A stretch of 64,000 nucleotides of DNA. Origin: Octopus vulgaris (Eukaryota). A model generated the notes under the pieces. That model saw only the letters and a program-made list of their open reading frames with translations. It had not been told where the DNA came from and ran no database searches. Positions 57,572 through 64,000 of the stretch are shown in pieces; the first letter of the stretch is position 1, and each line of letters opens with the position of its first letter. Made by a program: the position numbers and the translations under genes. The stretch spans positions 86,118,001 to 86,182,000 of the forward strand of contig OX597821.1 of assembly GCA_951406725.2 (NCBI GenBank), given 5' to 3'.

Positions 57572-58475
57572 CCCCTGATCCATCAATGGCTAATGACCTC
57601 TGGCTCAAAATCTGAAACAGAAGGAAACAGAAGGGTTTATCATAGCAGCTCAAGATCAATGCCTACCAACAAAGAACTACCAGGCCAACATATTAAAGAA
57701 CGGCAGCTCCCCAATATGTCGTGTATGTCAACAACAAAATGAAACCATTGGTCATGTTGTCTCCAAGTGAAGTCTTTTTGCGCCTACAGAGTATCTCAAC
57801 AAGCATGATAGAGCTGCACAATATATTCACTGGGTAATTTGCAAAAACCTGGATTTGCCCCGTGAAAAAAACTGGTGGGAACACAAACCACCTCCAGTGC
57901 TTGAAAATGACCACATCTCACTCCTCTGGAACTTCACCATTCAAACTGACAGAAGGATAGATGCAAATAGGCCAGACATCATATTGAAAGACTTCACACA
58001 AAAATCCTGCCTCCTCATTGATATGACTGTCCCAATCGATATAAGCGTATCTGTCAAGACCTACCAAAAACTGAAGAAATATAGAGATCTTGAAATAGAA
58101 ATTAGCAAAATGTGGAACCTGAAGACTAAAACAATACCTGTTGTCATAGGTGCCCTGGGAATGATAGCAAAAGGGGCTGATTGCTACCTAGCTCAGATAC
58201 CAGGAAACCTCAAAATGGCAGAAATTCAAAAAAATAGTGCTCATGAGAACTGCTCATAACCTACGCAAAATACTTTCTATGTAATCTCAAGTTTTAATAC
58301 AAACATAATTTTCTTATGGTTTCTTAAACATTCACTAGAACAACACTAAGTACAAAACCAAATATATGGGACCCTAGGCATAACACCAACATGAACTTCC
58401 AACTTGTTGTCTCTTGAGGTCTCTGGGTGAGACTTGGAGCCAGCTTGTACAAATGTAAAGCAAAAGTCAAACATA
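57572..58475 (+). mobile_element. Degenerate 3' fragment of a second Dong/R4 subfamily
   Basis: Translates HQWL..SG.KSETEG/FIIAAQDQCLPTKNYQANI...CRVC...HD...LLWNFTIQTDRRIDANRPDII...KY..LEIEISKMW, homologous to the C-terminus of the 58630 ORF. Has a stop and frameshifts, and lies between (AAT/GAT)n tracts. Confidence 0.9.
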
Positions 58476-58510
58476 TAATAATAATAGTAGTAGTAGTAAT
58501 AATAATAATG

Positions 58511-58602
<92 letters not shown>

Positions 58603-58604
<2 letters not shown>

Positions 58605-61454
58605 TGTAAGATCCAGAACAGGAAGAAAGATGAAGAGAAAATTTGGATCCTCACCAAGAGAAGAACTGATATCAATAAAAGAAACGCTGAAACAAAAAGT
58701 CCAAGCAAAAGCCCAAAGAATACGAAGATTTGAGAAGAGAAACAAGTTTTACAAGCAAAATAAGCTGTTCACATCCAATGCCAAAAAATTCTACAGAGAA
58801 ATAGGGAAGGAGAAAGTAACCGTTAAAGACCCCCCTCCCATGGAAGAAGTTCAAAACTTTTGGGAAAGGATCTGGAGTGACAAGAAGACGTACAACATAA
58901 ATGCAGACTGGATTATACAAACTGAAGGATCCTACCAAAATTTACAACAACAAGCATGGGAAGACATCACAATAGCAGACCTAAGAAAGGCACTCACGAA
59001 GGCCCATAATTGGAAATCCCCCGGTAAAGATAGGGTGCCGAATTTCTGGCTCGCATCGCTCCCGTGCGCACACGGTAAGCTAGTTCAGCTGCTCAATGGA
59101 ATTTTGAGAGACCCAAAGAAAACACCTGAATGGTTAGCAAGTGGCATTACTTACCTACTCCCAAAGAATAACGAAACCAACCTTCCAAAAAACTATCGGC
59201 CTATAACCTGTCTATCCACCACGTATAAAATCCTAACATCTATCCTGGCGGAGAAAACATATGCATTCATGGAGAAGAACGATATTTTCCCCATTGAACA
59301 AAAAGGGTGCCGCCGAGGCTCTTACGGATGCAAAGATCAACTGCTAATCAATCGTATGATCCTTGAGAACTGTCACAACAAGCGCAGAAATCTCAGCACC
59401 GCATGGATTGACTATAAAAAGGCCTTCGACAGTATACCGCATCCATGGATCTTGAGATCGCTGGACATCTTTAAAATTTCCCCTGTGATTTCAAACTTCC
59501 TGAAGCACAATATGTCGTTGTGGAATACGAATCTCCAATTATACCACTCTAATGGAGTACTTGCCTCAGAAAATATAAACATCAACTGTGGAATTTTTCA
59601 AGGTGACTCACTTTCACCTTTAATATTCTGCATAGCCCTAATACCCCTTACAAGTGAATTAAACAGAACAGGGTATGGGTATAAAATTGCCAATAAAAAA
59701 ATAAGCCATCTATTTTATATGGATGACTTAAAACTTTATGGTAAAGACAATAATGAACTTGAAGGCCTATTGCGCACCGTGAAAGCATTCAGCGATGACA
59801 TCGGGATGGAGTTTGGACTTGAGAAGTGTGCCAAGGCCACTTTCCAGAAAGGGAAAGTGAAGACCACAAATTCAGTCGTGTTAGATGTTGACACAGTCAT
59901 AAGAGAGCTTGAGCAAGAACAGACATACAAATATTTAGGGATAAATGAAGGCTCTGGTATTCAGCATGCAAGCATGAAAGAGAAAATCAGGAAGGAATGT
60001 TATAGGAGAGTTCGTGCAGTCCTGAAATCTGAACTAAATGCACGTAACAAGGTGTTAGCTATAAATTCCTTAGCAGTTCCAGTTGTTACTTATAGCTACA
60101 ATGTGTTGAACTGGAATATGAGTGAAGTAAAGAATATAGATAGAAAAATACGCAAGCTGCTGAGTTGTAATAGGATGCACCACCCAAAGGCAGACGTAGA
60201 TCGCCTTTACCTTCCCAGAGCCCAAGGAGGTCGAGGCCTGATCCAATTTGAACTAGCTTACAAAACAACCACAATTGGACTGGCCAAATATCTCGAAATA
60301 TCGAATGACTGGATGCTAAAGCTCGTGGAAAATCACGAGAGACGAAAGAAGCTTCATTCTATCATCAAGGAAAGCAAAAAATTTGCTATTGATCTCGTGC
60401 AGGATACCCAAACTGAACAAACCGAGGGAAGTACGGCAACTATTGTTGCAAAGAAGGTGAAAATGGTGGCAATGAAAAAAGCGCACGAGCAATTGGCTGA
60501 TAGGTGGGAGGAGAAACCTCTGCACGGCAAATATGTGACCCGCAGCAAACAAGCTGATGTTGACCAGAAGCAAACCCATCAGTGGCTGCGGAGCTCAGGG
60601 CTAAAAGCAGAGAGCGAAGGTTTCATCCTGGCTGCTCAAGACCAAAGCCTATTAACCCGGAACTACCAGGCCAATGTGATGAAAAATGGAGCAGACCCAA
60701 AATGCCGATTCTGCAACGACATGATTGAAACAGTGGACCACCTAATCTCTGGATGTAAAGTCTTAGCACCAGTGGAGTATAAATTAAGACATGACAGAGT
60801 TGGCCAATATCTCCACTGGCTAATAAGTCGGCATTACAATATCAAAACTGCCGACAAGTGGTATAATCACCACCCTGAGGCTGTAACTGAAGGAGAAAAT
60901 GTAACCATTCTGTGGGACTTTCCAGTACATACAGACCGAACCATCAAGGCCAATAAACCAGATATTGTTGTGAAAGACCAAAACAATAAAGTTTGCTTAT
61001 TGATCGACATGAGCATCCCCTGTGATCATAATATCTCAGCGAAAGAGTTTGACAAGCTCAGAAAATATAAAGACCTACTCATTGAAATTGAGAAAATGTG
61101 GCATCTCAAGGCGGTTACAATACCAGTGATCGTAGGAGCACTAGGAATGATCAAGAAGGGAACCGAAAATTATATGAGAATGATCCCTGGCTTACCATCC
61201 CTGCAAGAAGTGCAAAACATTGTCTTAACTGGTACATCACACGTATTGAGAAGAGCATTGTCGATGTGAGAACTGTTGCTGCTCATGTATTTTAATTTTA
61301 ATTTAACTTTAAAAAAAAAAAAAAAAAAAAAAATGAACGAACTACTGAGTTTGGTTTAATGGCCTACCAATATACACTATGAGTTTCTTTGCCCTAGGAG
61401 TCGGGAAGACACTCGGCAAGAAATGGAAGAAAATTTGAAAGAAGAAAAAAAAAG
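58603..61454 (+). mobile_element. 5'-truncated Dong/R4-type LINE inserted in (AAT)n
   Basis: ORF plus ~185-nt 3' UTR, flanked by (AAT)n at 58480-58602 and 61455-61555. TAA repeats are the established target of Dong elements. Confidence 0.9.
58630..61269 (+). CDS. Dong/R4-clade non-LTR retrotransposon ORF: reverse transcriptase, CCHC knuckle and restriction-like endonuclease
   Basis: 879-aa uninterrupted ORF. RT motifs KSPGKD, NYRPITCL, EQKG, WIDYKKAFDS, GIFQGDSLSPL, YMDD. C-terminal CRFC...HLISGC, RHD and KPDIV...LID..K..KY (REL nuclease). N-terminus missing (5' truncation). Confidence 0.95.
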   Translation: MKRKFGSSPREELISIKETLKQKVQAKAQRIRRFEKRNKFYKQNKLFTSNAKKFYREIGKEKVTVKDPPPMEEVQNFWERIWSDKKTYNINADWIIQTEGSYQNLQQQAWEDITIADLRKALTKAHNWKSPGKDRVPNFWLASLPCAHGKLVQLLNGILRDPKKTPEWLASGITYLLPKNNETNLPKNYRPITCLSTTYKILTSILAEKTYAFMEKNDIFPIEQKGCRRGSYGCKDQLLINRMILENCHNKRRNLSTAWIDYKKAFDSIPHPWILRSLDIFKISPVISNFLKHNMSLWNTNLQLYHSNGVLASENININCGIFQGDSLSPLIFCIALIPLTSELNRTGYGYKIANKKISHLFYMDDLKLYGKDNNELEGLLRTVKAFSDDIGMEFGLEKCAKATFQKGKVKTTNSVVLDVDTVIRELEQEQTYKYLGINEGSGIQHASMKEKIRKECYRRVRAVLKSELNARNKVLAINSLAVPVVTYSYNVLNWNMSEVKNIDRKIRKLLSCNRMHHPKADVDRLYLPRAQGGRGLIQFELAYKTTTIGLAKYLEISNDWMLKLVENHERRKKLHSIIKESKKFAIDLVQDTQTEQTEGSTATIVAKKVKMVAMKKAHEQLADRWEEKPLHGKYVTRSKQADVDQKQTHQWLRSSGLKAESEGFILAAQDQSLLTRNYQANVMKNGADPKCRFCNDMIETVDHLISGCKVLAPVEYKLRHDRVGQYLHWLISRHYNIKTADKWYNHHPEAVTEGENVTILWDFPVHTDRTIKANKPDIVVKDQNNKVCLLIDMSIPCDHNISAKEFDKLRKYKDLLIEIEKMWHLKAVTIPVIVGALGMIKKGTENYMRMIPGLPSLQEVQNIVLTGTSHVLRRALSM

Positions 61455-61479
61455 TAATAATAATAATAATAATGATAAC

Positions 61480-61538
<59 letters not shown>

Positions 61539-61555
61539 TAATAATAATAATAATA

Positions 61556-62099
61556 AACGCCCTGATGCAGTACCAGGCATTGGCTCTCATTGCTTCTGAT
61601 CTTAACTGATTGGAAGTGTTATCATGTACATTGTTTTGTCTTGGTATAAAAGATGGGCTACAACAAACATTCTGCTCAATACCACAGATTTGCTTGTCAG
61701 TTGTTTGACCTTAACCAGTTGAGCATGTCCCTTAGGGGCCGACGATACGTGCATCTCTGATCACGAGCAGAAGTAGTGGGGGAGCATCATAGCCATATGT
61801 AGAGAGGGATTCTTAGAGGTTTGGAAACATGCGTGTTTCGTTCAACATTCTTAAGCAATCCTTATTCAGGGACCTTTTGAGTGGGATGGGTTACTCGACC
61901 AGAAGGAAATTCTAACTGGGCCCCACCCGCAAGGTCATGCGCTGTTTATCTTGATATGAGATCACCATGTCGCGCACATATGGTTGTGATGCATATGCCT
62001 GGTGTACCCTTATCAAACGAGTAGTCATGAGGGATATACTGGGCTTCGTATATTTTACCCCAGTGTCACTTTAATAGCATGCACTGTTCTCTCACTCAG
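61556..62099. mobile_element. Non-coding interspersed element flanked by (AAT)n
   Basis: Clearly homologous to 17283-17670 (gcagtaccaggca...gcttctgatc.taactg...gatttgcttgtcagttg...gcatctctgatcacgagc). Both copies directly follow trinucleotide tracts. Confidence 0.7.
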
Positions 62100-62148
62100 T
62101 AATAATAATAATAATAATAAAATTAATAATGATAATAATGATAATAAC

Positions 62149-62196
<48 letters not shown>

Positions 62197-62671
62197 GTTA
62201 TTATTATTATTATCATTATTATTATTGTAAGACGGTGAGCTGGCAGAAGCATTAGCACGCTGGGCAGGGTGCTTAGCGGCATTTCATCTGTCCTTACATT
62301 CTGAGTTCAAATCCCGCCGAGGTCGACTTTGCGTCTCATCCTCTCGGGATTGATGAAATAAGTACCAATTACGCACTGGAGCCGATGTAACTGACTGGCC
62401 CTCTCCCCTACGATTTCAGGTCTTGTGCCTAGAGTAGAAAGGATTATATATATATATATATATACATATAAGGCAAATGGCACTCCGTCGGTTACGACGA
62501 CGAAGGTTCCAGGTAATTCGATCAACTGAATAGCCTGCTCGTGAAATTAATGTACAAGTGGCCGAGCCTTTCACACACACGCGTACTCTTAACGCAGTTC
62601 TCAGGGAGATTCAGTGTGACATAGAATGTAACAAGGCTGGCCCATTGAAGTACAGGTACTATTCATTGCTA

Positions 62672-63048
62672 GACTGCGGCCATGCTGGAGCACCGCCTTT
62701 AGTCGAGCAAATCAACCCCGGGACTTATTCTTTGTAAGCCCAGTACTTATTCTATCAGTCTCTTTTGCCGAACCGCTAAGTGACGGGGACGTAAACACAC
62801 CAGCATCGGTTGTCAAGCAATGCTAGGGGGACAAACACAGACACACAAACACACACATACATATATATATATATATACATATATACGACAGGCTTCTTTC
62901 AGTTTCCGTCTACCAAATCCACTCACAAGGCATTGGTCGGCCCGGGGCTATAGCAGAAGACACTTGCCCAAGATGCCACGCAGTGGGACTGAACCCGGAA
63001 CCATGTGGTTGGTTAGCAAGCTACTTACCACACAGCCACTCCTGCGCC
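62672..63048 (-). mobile_element. SINE family B
   Basis: Same family. Older or partial copies also at about 14805-15180, 19530-19700, 21228-21378, 29120-29265, 53815-54035, 54655-54800 and 63370-63575. Confidence 0.88.
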
Positions 63049-63334
63049 TATTGTTGAAGAAGAAAACTAAAACATATATTTGTGTTTGGAGAGAGTCATA
63101 TGGTCTTAATGCCTTATTATGTAATATACACTCATGTATTTATCAGTTCTTATAGTTGTTGAAAAGAAATATTTCAGCTTTACATTTGACATTATAAAAG
63201 TGCACAACGGCAACAACAATAACAACAACGATGACGACGAGCTCAGTGACTCCAACTATATTGACAACAAAACACACCCACAGATTTTCCATATATGTAG
63301 TAGATATATTTACATATGTGTGTGTGCGCGTGCA

Positions 63335-63370
<36 letters not shown>

Positions 63371-63673
63371 CGTGTGTCCGTGTTTATCCCCCAACCATCA
63401 TCGCTTGACAACTGATGTTGGTGTGTTTACGTCCCTGTAAGCTAGCGGCTCGGCAAAAGAGACCGATAGAACAAGTACTAGGCTTACAAAAGATAAGACC
63501 TGGGGTCAATTTGTTCGACTAAAGGCGGTGCTCCAGCATGACCGCAGTGAAATGACTGAAACAAGTAAAAGAAGAAAGAATATATATGTATATACATGTG
63601 TGTGTGTGCGTGTGTATATATGTTTATGTTTATGTTTTCCAGTTTCAGCTCTTGAGCTGTGGCCATGCTGGGG

Positions 63674-63760
<87 letters not shown>

Positions 63761-64000
63761 TGAAGAAAGCATTGTCTTTCGTTTTTTATAAAGTCAAAAC
63801 AATGCAAGTTATCAGAAAAGACATGTCAAAGGTTTGTACTTTATTTTGTATTTCAATACTTCAGGATCTCTTCCTCAGGAAATCTTCGGAGAAGTGTATT
63901 GTGAGCTTATTTCTATATTCTGTAGCGTGTATGTATGTATATATGTATGCATGTATGTATGTATGTATGTATGTATGTATGTATGTATGTATGTATGTAT

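Noticed and set aside
63758-63900. TTGAAGA...GAAA..GACATGTC hammerhead-like pattern
   Set aside because: Stem II does not abut the core and stem I is not convincing.

Overview
This is AT-rich eukaryotic DNA saturated with microsatellites ((TA)n, (CA)n, (GA)n, (TATC)n, (TATG)n, (AAT)n). Nearly all listed ORFs are repeat artefacts. The repeat content (tRNA-derived SINEs, Penelope-like elements, Dong/R4, mariner, Helitrons) suggests a coleoid cephalopod, probably Octopus; this is inference. The recognisable host coding sequence is one 147-nt DOMON-domain exon (MOXD1/DBH-like, + strand) plus several weaker minus-strand terminal-exon candidates. Mobile DNA includes an uninterrupted 879-aa Dong/R4 ORF stacked with relatives in an (AAT)n array, five Penelope-like (GIY-YIG) fragments, L1- and CR1-type LINE relics, two Tc1/mariner families, Helitron/Helentron derivatives and three SINE families. 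An ~9.5-kb tandem duplication has a Penelope-like element exactly at its junction. The least obvious layer is about 15 hammerhead-ribozyme-like motifs, found by eye, in small elements inserted in (TA)n tracts. These include U3-A8 and U4C core variants, a tRNA-headed element carrying a hammerhead, and a candidate non-circularly permuted hammerhead at 22813-22874. All RNA structures are manual predictions, and no database search was run.
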